From: an uncultured Acidimicrobiaceae bacterium
GTDB lineage: Bacteria; Actinomycetota; Acidimicrobiia; Spongiisociales; ZC4RG35
Direction: 5' to 3'
Assembly: GCA_964645875.1 (NCBI GenBank)
Contig: CAZYCX010000001.1
Coordinates: 1,007-65,006, forward strand
DNA: 64,000 nucleotides
Shown here: positions 1 to 9,333 of the stretch, piece by piece
Numbering within the stretch: position 1 is the first letter of the stretch
How the letters are laid out: each line of letters begins with the position of its first letter
Translations under genes and position numbers: made by a program
The notes under the pieces: model-generated
Seen by the model: only the letters and a program-made list of their open reading frames with translations
Told to the model about the DNA's origin: nothing
Database searches by the model: none

Positions 1-933
1 CGCCTGGGCCAGGGTGTGGTCGACCAGGCTGACTCCTTCCACGAAGTCGGCCCAGTCGAAGAAGTTGATCTGACGAAGACTGGTCACGACGTTGCGAACG
101 CTGACGTTGGTTGCGGCCTGGCGGCGATGGGTCTCGTTGACCACCTCCTCGGGTGTCTTCCCCTCGACGGACAGACGGTCGAGGAGCCAGGCCAGGCCGG
201 GGGTGGTCTCGGGGTCGTGGTCCCGAAGACGCTGGAGCAGGTGCACGGCGAAGGGCTGGGGCAACTCCGCTCGGCCGTGGCGGGCCAGTGCGGCCTCGGC
301 TTCGTCGGAGTCGCCTTTGATGCCGAGGAGACCGTCGGCTAGCTCTTCGGCCTCGCGGCGGAGCCTCCTGGCCCGCATGATCGTCTCGACCATGCGGCGC
401 AGGTTCTCGACGAGCACCAGGCGAAGGGTGGTGGGAATCGCCCAGAGCTCGCCGATGGTGAGCGGCTCGACCTCCTGGTATGAGACCACGAACCTGTGCA
501 GGGCTTCGGCGTCGAAGCGACTGTCGAGGTGCGCCACATACGCCCAGACGATGCCGTACACCCGTGGGTACCCGGCCAGGTGGCCCCCTTCGAGCTTGGG
601 TAGCTCGCGGTAGTAGCTGCGAGGGAGGTTCTCTCGAATCTCGCTCAGCTGGCTCTCGACCAGATGGAAGTTGTCCACCAGCCACTCGGCCGCGGGAGTG
701 AGGAGGGCTTCTTCTCGAATCGCCTTGGACAACTCCCGATAGGCGGCAAGGAGAACGTCACCGTTGTCGTCGAGCCGCCGGGATATGAGTCGCAGGTTCC
801 CCCGGCGTCCACTCAACTCCTGGCTCTGGGCGAGGCTGTGGGCGTGTTGTTCGAGACGTTCGACGCTGAACAGTTCCGCCCGGATGGGCTCGTCGATCAA
901 CTGGGATCCCGAGCCTCGGTTTGATGGCACCAT
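1..933 (-). CDS. 5' part (311 codons; 3' end outside the window) of a giant glucan-metabolism protein, cyclic beta-1,2-glucan synthase / GH94 (NdvB/Cgs-like) N-terminal region
   Basis: Absent from the ORF track because no stop lies inside the window. My reverse-strand translation from ATG 933..931 stays open to nt 1: MVPSNRGSGSQLIDEPIRAELFSVERLEQHAHSLAQSQ...LTPAAEWLVDNFHLVESQLSEIRENLPRSYYRELPKLEGGHLAGYPRVYGIVWAYVAHLDSRFD...PLTIGELWAIPTTLRLVLVENLRRMVE. The AEWLxDNFHxxE / YYRELPKL / IGELWAxP / LVENLRR blocks match my memory of NdvB/Cgs-type N-termini. GC3 is high. Confidence 0.6.
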   Translation of the reverse strand, partial: MVPSNRGSGSQLIDEPIRAELFSVERLEQHAHSLAQSQELSGRRGNLRLISRRLDDNGDVLLAAYRELSKAIREEALLTPAAEWLVDNFHLVESQLSEIRENLPRSYYRELPKLEGGHLAGYPRVYGIVWAYVAHLDSRFDAEALHRFVVSYQEVEPLTIGELWAIPTTLRLVLVENLRRMVETIMRARRLRREAEELADGLLGIKGDSDEAEAALARHGRAELPQPFAVHLLQRLRDHDPETTPGLAWLLDRLSVEGKTPEEVVNETHRRQAATNVSVRNVVTSLRQINFFDWADFVEGVSLVDHTLAQA

Positions 934-1130
934 CGAACAATAGGTGAGGTCTGGCACCGTGCTCTCGGGGCCCTCGATCGCGACGGGTCTACCCGACCGG
1001 GGTGGTTGCCCTCCACCCGACCTGGTCCCCGAGCGAGTCGGGCTCAAACAACGCATGGTGTCTTGGAAGTCGGCACAGGACTCCACGGGCCTCGAAGGAG
1101 CTGGGTCAGGTCGAGACGTAGGCTCTCCCG

Positions 1131-1487
1131 ATGAGCGATCCGAGCACAGTCGACGAGTACATCGTCACGGCACCTGAGGGGAGCAGGGAGGCGCTGGGTG
1201 AGATCCGGCGGAGAGTCCACCAGGTGGTGCCCGACGCCGGTGAGAAGATCAGCTATCGGATCCCCACGTTCACTCTCGCCGGCAGGTATTTCGCCTACAT
1301 GGCCGGATTCGACAACCACGTCAGCATCTACCCGGTCACCGATCTCCCCGGTCTCGACGACGAGATCTCTCCCTACCGCTCCGGGAAGGGCACGTTGCGA
1401 TTCCCCCTCGACCAGCCCATCCCATACGAGCTGATCGAGCGGGTCGTCGCCGCCCTCGGCGAACGACGTCGGCGGTCATCGCATTGA
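1131..1487 (+). CDS. DUF1801 (YdhG-like) domain protein
   Basis: Track ORF, 118 aa: MSDPSTVDEYIVTAPEGSREALGEIRRRVHQVVPDAGEKISYRIPTFTLAGRYFAYMAGFDNHVSIYP. Small alpha/beta protein pattern of the YdhG/DUF1801 family. Confidence 0.7.
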   Translation: MSDPSTVDEYIVTAPEGSREALGEIRRRVHQVVPDAGEKISYRIPTFTLAGRYFAYMAGFDNHVSIYPVTDLPGLDDEISPYRSGKGTLRFPLDQPIPYELIERVVAALGERRRRSSH

Positions 1488-1554
1488 CGAGGCTTCGGCC
1501 CCAGCCCACGGGCCTTCGATGTGTAGCTTCGGATTCGAGATGAAGGGAGAAGCA

Positions 1555-1950
1555 ATGCTCGGCTGGGTCGACGACATCGAGAGCCTGACCGTGGACAACG
1601 AGAACTTCCGGGAGGTGATCTACACCGGGAGCCACAGCCAGCTCACCGTGATGTCGGTGCCTCCCGGCGGAGAGGTGGGGTGGGAGGCGCACGACCATCT
1701 CGACCAATTCCTCCGCCTCGAGCAGGGCAAGGCCCGTCTCGACTTCGGGAAGACCGAAGACGCCGTCGACGAGTCACACGAGGTCGAAGACGACTGGGCA
1801 TTCATCGTCCCCGCCGGCATCTGGCACAACGTGGTGAACATCGGAGACCAGGACCTCAAGCTCTACTCGATCTACTCCCCGCCGGAGCACCCCGAGGGGA
1901 CGCTTCACCGGACCAAGGCCGAGGCCGACGCCGACGAGCACCACCACTGA
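1555..1950 (+). CDS. cupin domain protein
   Basis: Track ORF 1519..1950. Start moved to ATG 1555, which has AAGGGAG just upstream. Single cupin barrel: PPGGEVGWEAHDHLDQFLRLEQG ... AFIVPAGIWHNVVN. Ends ...DADEHHH. Confidence 0.75.
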   Translation: MLGWVDDIESLTVDNENFREVIYTGSHSQLTVMSVPPGGEVGWEAHDHLDQFLRLEQGKARLDFGKTEDAVDESHEVEDDWAFIVPAGIWHNVVNIGDQDLKLYSIYSPPEHPEGTLHRTKAEADADEHHH

Positions 1951-1971
1951 GCCGGCGAGCCGAGCCCTCAC

Positions 1972-3852
1972 CTACTCCGCGGTGACGTCGGCGACCACGG
2001 CGAAGTGGTCCGACGCCTGCGACTCGATGACCTCCACACTCATTGTGCCCATGTCGGTGGTGTGGAACACGTAGTCGATGCGATATTGGGGGTCGGCGGC
2101 GTTGGCGGTGAAGCCGTCACCGCTGCCGGCCTCCGCCCAGGTGTCGACCCAGCCGGCACCCAACAATTCGGCGACCTGGAGCCAGTCGGGTCGGGCGTTG
2201 AGATCGCCCACCAGCACCGCCGGCTGTCGGCCATCCCATTCCTCGATGACGACGGCCAGCTGCTCGTGATGGACCGGGTAGAGGTCGGCCTCGGGGTCCT
2301 CGTCGTGGGCTGCGGAGTCGTTGACGTGTTGGAGATGGGTGGAGATGAACAGCACCTCTCCCTCCGGGGTGGCAACAGGGGCGGCCAGATAGCCCCGCTG
2401 GTAGGGGGTGGCCACCCGGGGCAGGAGACGACGCTCCACTTCGCCAAAGGGATACCGGCTCAGGATGGCGTTGCCCCACACCGGGTCGGTGGTGCCGAAG
2501 AAGGCGGTGTGCTCCCAGCCGAGCCGTTCGCCGAGCAGATACATCAGGTCGGTGTTGGCGTTGAGCAGACCGCCACGGGCCACCTCCTGGAGCCCGACCA
2601 CGGTGGCGCCAGATTCCTCGATGACCCGGGCGATCGCTGCCACGTCCATCTCCCCTCCGGTGCCGAAGCTCTGATGGAGGTTGTAGGCCATGTAACGCAC
2701 CGGCCCGGTGCTGGGCGGCTCGGGAAGGGCCCGGGCCCCGAGCAGGCCGACCAGGGGCAGCACGAGAGCCAGTGAGACCAGGAGCGGCATCCCCTCGGGG
2801 ACCGTCGCCGCAACCGATCGTCGGGAAACCGACGCCACCAGCGCAAACACCAGGAGCAGGACCGCTCCCCCGATCCGGGCCCGAGCCACACTGAAGCCGA
2901 GGTCCATGTCGAGGGGCAGGTAGTAGGCGAAGCCGATCATCAAGAACAGCACCATCCCCATGGTCTGCCAGACGGCGGCGGGGGTGACCGTGGTCCTAGT
3001 GGTGTCGGGAACCAGTCCTGCCCACACGATGCCGGCGGCGGGGATGGCGAAGAGGACCAGCACCGTGAACACCGGGCCCGGCCCCTCGGCGAACACGATC
3101 GTTGCCGCCACCACCAGCGCGGCGAGAGCAACCATGGCCCGTGACCCGCCGAACCGTTGCGCCGCCCACAGACCGACCAGGTTGAGGGCGGTGATCGCCA
3201 CCGCCGCCCACCCGGCGGACACGTTGGTCGATTCCGAGACCCAGCCCGGAGACTGCAAGACCTGGTATTGGACGAAGAGATAGGGGCCCAACCCGGCGAG
3301 GGTCACGGCCCGCCCCCAACGGGGACCGGAGCGGGCCGGGTCGGGGAATGCCACGGTCAGGTAGAGGGCCGCGGCGGCCAATGCCGAGGTCGCCACCAGG
3401 GGCAGCACTCCGGGCCGGTAGGCGAGATCGAGTGTCGATCCCAGCCCTTTGATCGCCGAGTCGAGAGTGATGCCGACGAGCACTCCAGCGACCAACGCCT
3501 CCCGACCCAGGCTCAACAACAACGGGAGCAGCCCCACCAGAGCGGCAACCGCGATCGCAGAAGTCCAGTGGTCGATGGCGGGGTCGTCGATCACCTGGTT
3601 GGCGATCCGGGCCGCCGCCAGCACCACCACACCGAGGATCAGGCTGTAACGCAGCGAGATCCAACGTGACAGCACCGGCAGCAGGACCCCGGCCAGGAGC
3701 GGGATCAGAGCGATCGGAATCAGGTCGAGGGCGCCGATCCCCAGGGTGTCCCGCTGGTACCAGCCCAGCGAACCGAAATGGAAACGGGCCATCTCGATCC
3801 CGAACAGGAACACCAATGCCGCCAAAAGCACACCGAGCCTGGAACCACGCAT
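1972..3852 (-). CDS. polytopic membrane protein fused to a C-terminal endonuclease/exonuclease/phosphatase (EEP) domain
   Basis: 626 aa. The N-terminal ~380 aa carry many hydrophobic helices (LGVLLAALVFLFGIEMARF, IPIALIPLLAGVLLPVL, LILGVVVLAAARI ...). The C-terminal ~240 aa read MAYNLHQSFGTGGEMDVAAIARVIEESGATVVGLQEV ... FISTHLQH ... VLVGDLNA ... RIDYVFH ... SDHFAVVADV, an EEP-fold motif series. Confidence 0.8.
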   Translation of the reverse strand: MRGSRLGVLLAALVFLFGIEMARFHFGSLGWYQRDTLGIGALDLIPIALIPLLAGVLLPVLSRWISLRYSLILGVVVLAAARIANQVIDDPAIDHWTSAIAVAALVGLLPLLLSLGREALVAGVLVGITLDSAIKGLGSTLDLAYRPGVLPLVATSALAAAALYLTVAFPDPARSGPRWGRAVTLAGLGPYLFVQYQVLQSPGWVSESTNVSAGWAAVAITALNLVGLWAAQRFGGSRAMVALAALVVAATIVFAEGPGPVFTVLVLFAIPAAGIVWAGLVPDTTRTTVTPAAVWQTMGMVLFLMIGFAYYLPLDMDLGFSVARARIGGAVLLLVFALVASVSRRSVAATVPEGMPLLVSLALVLPLVGLLGARALPEPPSTGPVRYMAYNLHQSFGTGGEMDVAAIARVIEESGATVVGLQEVARGGLLNANTDLMYLLGERLGWEHTAFFGTTDPVWGNAILSRYPFGEVERRLLPRVATPYQRGYLAAPVATPEGEVLFISTHLQHVNDSAAHDEDPEADLYPVHHEQLAVVIEEWDGRQPAVLVGDLNARPDWLQVAELLGAGWVDTWAEAGSGDGFTANAADPQYRIDYVFHTTDMGTMSVEVIESQASDHFAVVADVTAE

Positions 3853-4011
3853 GAGGGGGCAGCCTACGCCAAGCTCCTGGAGTGGCCAGGCGGCGCTCGG
3901 GGATCAACACCGCGGCGAAGAGATCTCGCTCAGAGAGGCGGCAGGATTTCCGAGGCCCGCCGTCTCACCCGGGCAAGAGAGAGCGATACCCGAACCAGAG
4001 CCCCCTGGAGT

Positions 4012-6126
4012 TCACCACCCGCCGGATACGGTGTTGGAGCAGATCGCGGTGCCTGCCTCACACACCTGATAGGCGGCCGACCCGCCTCCTCGACCCAATG
4101 GCCCGTCCTGGTATGCGCCGTCGTTGGCGGTGGTGGCGATGAGAGAGCCGTCGCGATAGACGTCGACGTTGGTTGACGTCGCTCCGCTCCAGGTGAGGTC
4201 GGCGTACTGCACACCCCGCACCTTGAAGAAATTGACGTCGAGGATGAAGACCTCGGTGTCCCCCACGGTGATCGTGACACTGTCCGAGCCGGTGTTGCCC
4301 GCCGAGTCGGTCACCGTCGCGGTTATGACATGGGTCCCATCGCTCAAGATGGCGCTGAACGAGCCACCGGTGCCGATCTGACCGTCGAGGCTCGAGGTCC
4401 ACACCAGATTCGCGGTGAGATCCCCGTCCTCGGCATCCGTGGCCGTTCCGCTGAACGAGATCGACTCACCCGAGGCGAACGAGGCTCCATCGGTCGGGCT
4501 GGTGATCGACACCGTCGGCGCCGCATTGACCACATGCACCGTGACACTGTCCGAGCCGGTGTTGCCCGCCGAGTCGGTCACCGTCGCGGTTATGACATGG
4601 GTCCCATCGCTCAAGATGGCGCTGAACGAGCCACCGGTGCCGATCTGACCGTCGAGGCTCGAGGTCCACACCAGATTCGCGGTGAGATCCCCGTCCTCGG
4701 CATCCGTGGCCGTTCCGCTGAACGAGATCGACTCACCCGAGGCGAACGAGGCTCCATCGGTCGGGCTGGTGATCGACACCGTCGGCGCCGCGTCGATGTT
4801 GCCGTCGGTCACCGCCTGCACCGCGTTGAACACGTTGAGACGCCCGTTGGCCCACAAGGAGCCGGTTCCGGAGATCGCGTCGGCGGTGGTCTCGAGAGTG
4901 GAGCGGACCGCGTCGTTGCTCAGCCCTGCGTCGACGGCGAAGAGCAGCGCCGCCGCCCCGGCCACCTGGGGTGCCGCCATCGACGTCCCCTGCAGTTGGT
5001 CGTAGTGGGTGTCGTAACACGGGCTGAGCAGCCCCATCGCTCGACAGGAGGTGAGGTAGACCCCATAGGTGGGCATGGTGCTATAGATGCCCCCCGGGTC
5101 GTCGTAGGTGCTCATCTGCCCCCCGGGTGCGGCCAGGTCGACCCAGTCGGCTCCGTAGTTGGAGTACGAGGCGCGGCCGTCGCTGGAGTTGGTGGCGGCG
5201 ATGGCCATTACCGGCTCGTGGGCGGCGGGGTAGCTCTTGGTCGTGGTGTTGGAGTTGCCCGCCGAGGCGACGATGAGGACGCCCTTCTGGTTGTGGGCGT
5301 AGTCGATGGCGTCGATCTCCGCCTGGGAGATCTCGGGCCCGCCCAGGCTCAGGTTGATCACCCGGGCCCCGTTGTCTGCGGCGAACCTGATGCCGTTGAC
5401 GATGGCGTCGGTGGGACAGGAGCCGTTGTCGTCACAGACCTTGATCGGCATGACCCTGATCGTGTCGGCGTATCCCACCGACGCGGTGTCCGGGAGGCTG
5501 TCCTCGCTGCCGTTGTTGGTCTCCCCGACGGCGATCCCGGCGACGTGGGTGCCGTGCCCGAACCCGTCCTGGGGAGTGGTGTCGTTGGAGATGAAGTCAT
5601 AGCCGGCGACCAACTTGTCGTTCAGGTCGGGGTGGGCGGCATCGATCCCGGTGTCCAGCACCGCCACCACCACATCCGAGAGAACCGGGTTGGCCCCGAG
5701 AAGTTGGTAGGCCTCGAGCCAGTCGATGTCCGCGTCGGCTTTGCCGTGGGTCCCGTCGTTGTGGAGATCCCACTTGAGGCCGAATCCTCCATCGTCGGGC
5801 ACTTGATGCAGCGCCCTCTTGAAGTTGGGCTCGGCGTAGCGGACGCCGGTCAGGCCGCGGGCCTGGGCGGCGATCCCGAATGGGTCACCCCTGATCTCGA
5901 GGACGTAGGCGTTGCCGCCGAGCAGGGGCCTGACATTGGACGCACCAACGCCTCGAGCCACCGACTCGACGTCCCCATCCGCGTCGAGACCGACGATGAT
6001 CTCGCCGGGCACGATGGCCCCGGTCCCTGAAAGTGAACTACCCGACGTGAAGCCGGCTCCGGCGGTGACGAGACCTGCCACCAGGATGACCACTACCAAT
6101 GCAATACGGACCGGTCTGACCCTCAT
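4012..6126 (-). CDS. secreted subtilisin-like serine protease (peptidase S8) with two identical Ig-like repeats and a C-terminal beta-rich domain
   Basis: 704 aa. Signal anchor MRVRPVRIALVVVILVAGLVTAGAG. Catalytic blocks VAVLDTGID / HGTHVAGI / GTSMAAPQVAG. Two 89-aa copies of AAPTVSITSPTDGASFASGESISFSGTATDAEDGDLTANLVWTSSLDGQIGTGGSFSAILSDGTHVITATVTDSAGNTGSDSVT. Confidence 0.9.
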   Translation of the reverse strand: MRVRPVRIALVVVILVAGLVTAGAGFTSGSSLSGTGAIVPGEIIVGLDADGDVESVARGVGASNVRPLLGGNAYVLEIRGDPFGIAAQARGLTGVRYAEPNFKRALHQVPDDGGFGLKWDLHNDGTHGKADADIDWLEAYQLLGANPVLSDVVVAVLDTGIDAAHPDLNDKLVAGYDFISNDTTPQDGFGHGTHVAGIAVGETNNGSEDSLPDTASVGYADTIRVMPIKVCDDNGSCPTDAIVNGIRFAADNGARVINLSLGGPEISQAEIDAIDYAHNQKGVLIVASAGNSNTTTKSYPAAHEPVMAIAATNSSDGRASYSNYGADWVDLAAPGGQMSTYDDPGGIYSTMPTYGVYLTSCRAMGLLSPCYDTHYDQLQGTSMAAPQVAGAAALLFAVDAGLSNDAVRSTLETTADAISGTGSLWANGRLNVFNAVQAVTDGNIDAAPTVSITSPTDGASFASGESISFSGTATDAEDGDLTANLVWTSSLDGQIGTGGSFSAILSDGTHVITATVTDSAGNTGSDSVTVHVVNAAPTVSITSPTDGASFASGESISFSGTATDAEDGDLTANLVWTSSLDGQIGTGGSFSAILSDGTHVITATVTDSAGNTGSDSVTITVGDTEVFILDVNFFKVRGVQYADLTWSGATSTNVDVYRDGSLIATTANDGAYQDGPLGRGGGSAAYQVCEAGTAICSNTVSGGW
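4273..4807. repeat. tandem direct duplication, period 267 bp (89 codons), inside the S8 protease gene
   Basis: By direct comparison, nt 4273-4524 are identical to nt 4540-4791 (252 of 252). Divergence appears only at the unit junctions (4525-4539 versus 4792-4806). Confidence 0.95.
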
Positions 6127-6401
6127 CTGCCCTCCATCGACGTGGCATCACCATACAGCGGGCGCCGGGCTCCGAGAAGGGGCAGTTGACCCATTCGCAA
6201 GACTCTCCATGCCTCGGCCGGAGCCGGCGTCGCGCCCCGGAGCCTGTGGCCCGGGCTCACTCGATGTCGAGTATCAAACCCGAGCTCTCCTTTGCTCCCG
6301 TCATCACTTGGTGGCCGCCCCGCCTGCATCAGAGGACCGCGAGTTGCTTGTATCCGCCCATGCAAGGTTTGTCCACTCCGTGATCCGGGAACGATGACCT
6401 G

Positions 6402-6827
6402 GTGTTCGAGGACATCATCGATCGACTGACTGCCGGTGTCGACCCCTCACTCGCAGCCATCGTGAGCGCGCTGCTGCTCGCTTGGGTGGCTCTCGTCTAC
6501 CTGGTCATGGCCTTCGGGGTCAGATCGGGCGACCTGGTCTGGTCGGGCAGACACCCGGGCCGTCTGCCAGCAGAGCATCGTTGGTGGAGCCTGTTCTACG
6601 GGATGGCCCTCCTCGGCTCAGGGTTCATCCTGCTCGAGCTGACAGACGTGATCGACACCGGGTTGTTGGGCAGTCGATGGCTGGGCTCTGCCGGCTTTGC
6701 GGTCGTGTCCGTGCTCGGCGTGGCAACAATCCTCGCCCTCGCCAGGGGTAGCACGTGGGAGCGCGTGTTCTTCGTCCCCATCACCCTCCTCGGTGCCGGT
6801 CTCGCCGCCTGGCTGGCCTTCGGCTGA
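6402..6827 (+). CDS. small integral membrane protein, unknown function
   Basis: 141 aa, GTG start, four hydrophobic segments (IVSALLLAWVALVYLVMAF, WWSLFYGMALLGSGFILLEL, AGFAVVSVLGVATILALA, FFVPITLLGAGLAAWLAF). No family recognised. Confidence 0.6.
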   Translation: MFEDIIDRLTAGVDPSLAAIVSALLLAWVALVYLVMAFGVRSGDLVWSGRHPGRLPAEHRWWSLFYGMALLGSGFILLELTDVIDTGLLGSRWLGSAGFAVVSVLGVATILALARGSTWERVFFVPITLLGAGLAAWLAFG

Positions 6828-6868
6828 GAAGCCGACTCTCGAGCCAGACCCGTCTGAATTCTTCAAAT

Positions 6869-8251
6869 ATGGTTGGCGACCGGATGCGCATCTTCGAGTT
6901 CGTCCTGGTGTTGACGATCGCTGCAGCGTGCACGTCGGCGATCCAAGAGCCGGCGACCACCACATCCTCCCTGGAAACGACGACCACATCCCCACCCACC
7001 AACGACTCCACGACTGTCCCCGATGTCCCGGCCCCATTGAGCCTCATCCTCGACAGAAGGGAGGCGCTGGCGGCCGACGACGGGATCGCACTGGAGGTCA
7101 GCAACGAGGAGGAGGTGGTCCTGGGCTGGCTCGACCGGGATCATCCCGAGTTGGAGATCGACTCGTCGACACGGAAGCTGACCATTCGCTATCTCACCGC
7201 CAACGGGGATCCGGCCGGGCTGATGTGGGAGCAAGAGCCCGAGATGCCGGTCACCACCATCCGACAGCCCTGGCGGGGCGAAGGGGAATGCGTGGTGACT
7301 CTCCCCGACGGGTCGTCGGCTCCGGTGGTCCTCGTCTGGCAGTCCGGGGGAGACTCGGCCACCTATCTCGAGCAACTCGACGGGGCAGAGGGCCTGGTCA
7401 CCGTGGTTTCGCCGATCTGGTGGCGTATCGCCGCCGACGGGACCACGGTGAGCTCGACCGACTCCGGATATGTCGAAGCAGTCCACGACCGGAACGCGGC
7501 CGTCTGGCCGGCCGTGGCCGGATTCGACGCCGACACCCACCACCTGGTCTTCTCCGACCCGGAACGTCGGTCGGAGCTGGCTCGGGAGATCTCGGAGGAG
7601 GCGCGGAGGACCGGGGCCGACGGAGTCAATATCGACATCGAGGGCTATCGAGCCGAGGACTCCGGGGCGTTCCTCGCCTGGGTCGAGGAGTTGGCCGCCC
7701 TGGTGCGTGACTGGGGAGGAGTGATCTCCTACGACCTGGTCCCGCGCAGCGACTCCTGGGATGTGCGCCCCGACGACCTCGCCTTCTGGTCCACGGCTCC
7801 CCTGAGGACGGAGCTGAGCCGGGCGACCGACTGCACGGTGCTCATGGCTTACGACGAACACAACCGCTACCGGCCCGCCGGCCCGGTGGCATCACCCCGA
7901 TGGGTGGAGGAGGTCTTGATCCATGCCCTCCGTCACACCGACCCGAACCAGCTGGTCCTGGGCGTCCCCTTCTACGGCCGGGTCTGGGACCCAGAAGACC
8001 TCCAGCGCCCGACGGCGGTGGGCATCGGCGACCTGGAACGACTAATCGAAGAGGGAGATGTGACGTTCGATCCCAGATATGGCTTGGACCGGGTCGACCT
8101 GGCCGATGGGCGCTTCCTCTGGGCCGAGACCAGCGCCGGGTTGGGACATCGGCTCGATCTGGTAGCGGACTACGGCCTGGCCGGATGGGCGGCGTGGCGC
8201 TTCGGCTTCGACGGCCCGGCCATCTGGGAGTTGGTGGGAGATCGAAGGTGA
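6869..8251 (+). CDS. glycoside hydrolase family 18 (YaaH-like) lipoprotein
   Basis: Track ORF 6755..8251. Start moved to ATG 6869 (MVGDRMRIFEFVLVLTIAAAC, lipobox-like). Thr/Ser-rich linker. GH18 catalytic block GADGVNIDIEGY (DGxNxDxE variant). ATG 6884 is an alternative start. Confidence 0.75.
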   Translation: MVGDRMRIFEFVLVLTIAAACTSAIQEPATTTSSLETTTTSPPTNDSTTVPDVPAPLSLILDRREALAADDGIALEVSNEEEVVLGWLDRDHPELEIDSSTRKLTIRYLTANGDPAGLMWEQEPEMPVTTIRQPWRGEGECVVTLPDGSSAPVVLVWQSGGDSATYLEQLDGAEGLVTVVSPIWWRIAADGTTVSSTDSGYVEAVHDRNAAVWPAVAGFDADTHHLVFSDPERRSELAREISEEARRTGADGVNIDIEGYRAEDSGAFLAWVEELAALVRDWGGVISYDLVPRSDSWDVRPDDLAFWSTAPLRTELSRATDCTVLMAYDEHNRYRPAGPVASPRWVEEVLIHALRHTDPNQLVLGVPFYGRVWDPEDLQRPTAVGIGDLERLIEEGDVTFDPRYGLDRVDLADGRFLWAETSAGLGHRLDLVADYGLAGWAAWRFGFDGPAIWELVGDRR

Positions 8252-8262
8252 TGAAACCGAGA

Positions 8263-9255
8263 TCAGCGACGCTCTCGCGTAACAACCTCGACCCGTGGGG
8301 TGTCCTGGCGGACCATCACGTCGGGGCCGCACTGCGCCGGAACCACGTCCTCTCTCAACCCGGGGCGATGGAGAGCCCCGACATAGACCCCGGCGACCAC
8401 GACGAGCGCCCCCAGGAGCATCGGGAGTGACAGCCTCTCCCCGAGGAGCCAGGCAGCGGCGGGGAAGGTGATGAAGGGCGTCAAGACGAACTGGTAGGAA
8501 GCAGCCGAAGCGGTCCATCTGGAGAGAATGAACAAGAAGAGCGCGAACACGACGAGCGACCCGGCGACTATCAGGTAGACGAAGGCGACAGTGGTCTCCG
8601 GCTCTGCGGGCATCACCCACGTCTCGCCGAACAGAAGCGAAAGGGCCAACAGGACAACCGTGCCTATCGCCATCGCCAGCCCGTTCTCGACTGCGGGATT
8701 CACCTTGGGGAAGCTCTTGACGATGACTCCGGCTTCCGAAATCGCCAGGGCGGCGGCCCCGATGGCGAGCACCCCCGCCACCGAGACCGAATCACCTGTC
8801 CCCTCGTCGAGCCCGAACATGACGAGAAACCCGACCACCGCGGCGAGCGCCCCGGCCAATCCTCTCCAGGAGAATCTCTCCAACCCGTGAGCTGCCGCCA
8901 GGAACAGGGTCATCAAAGGCACCAGCGACAGGATCACCATCGCCAGCCCCGCCTCGACCCGGACCAGCCCCCAGAAGCCGAGCGCGAAGGCACCGCCGAA
9001 TGCGAGCACGCCGTAGAGGACCACTCCTGTCAACGCACGACCCCGGGGCAGGGGAATCCGCCTCACCGCCACGTACAGCAAGAAGAGCGCCGCCGCCAAG
9101 CCAAAACGGATCGCTCCCGCCCAGAAGGGAGCCAGCTCACGGACGACGAAACGGATGCCGATGGCGTTCCCACCCCCGAGCATCACCACAAGCGCAGCCG
9201 CGGCCAGTGTCAAACGGTCAGGTGCTGCAGTCCCCACCCTTGGCATGTCATTCAT
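8263..9255 (-). CDS. EamA/DMT-family transporter
   Basis: 330 aa with about 10 TM helices in two repeated halves. N-terminus ...LAAAALVVMLGGGNAIGIRFVVRELAPFWAGAIRFGLAA is typical of EamA-domain permeases. Confidence 0.8.
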   Translation of the reverse strand: MNDMPRVGTAAPDRLTLAAAALVVMLGGGNAIGIRFVVRELAPFWAGAIRFGLAAALFLLYVAVRRIPLPRGRALTGVVLYGVLAFGGAFALGFWGLVRVEAGLAMVILSLVPLMTLFLAAAHGLERFSWRGLAGALAAVVGFLVMFGLDEGTGDSVSVAGVLAIGAAALAISEAGVIVKSFPKVNPAVENGLAMAIGTVVLLALSLLFGETWVMPAEPETTVAFVYLIVAGSLVVFALFLFILSRWTASAASYQFVLTPFITFPAAAWLLGERLSLPMLLGALVVVAGVYVGALHRPGLREDVVPAQCGPDVMVRQDTPRVEVVTRERR

Positions 9256-9333
9256 GTCAGACCCGTTCCCGGTGGGCTCACTCGAGCCACATCTCGCCCG
9301 AGAATCTAACCGGGGAGGCGCGGAGTGGGTCGG

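Noticed and set aside
1939-1950. C-terminal ...EHHH of the cupin protein, as a possible engineered His-tag
   Set aside because: There are only three His codons and no vector-like flanking sequence. The context is natural.
4273-4807. Tandem repeat as a CRISPR-like or minisatellite array
   Set aside because: There are only two units, contiguous with no spacers, in frame within a protease gene and encoding a folded Ig-like domain.
4330-6030. 566-aa + strand ORF and several repeated ~70-110-aa ORFs (4058-4669)
   Set aside because: They are antisense or out of frame to the S8 protease. Their duplication simply mirrors the 267-bp coding repeat.
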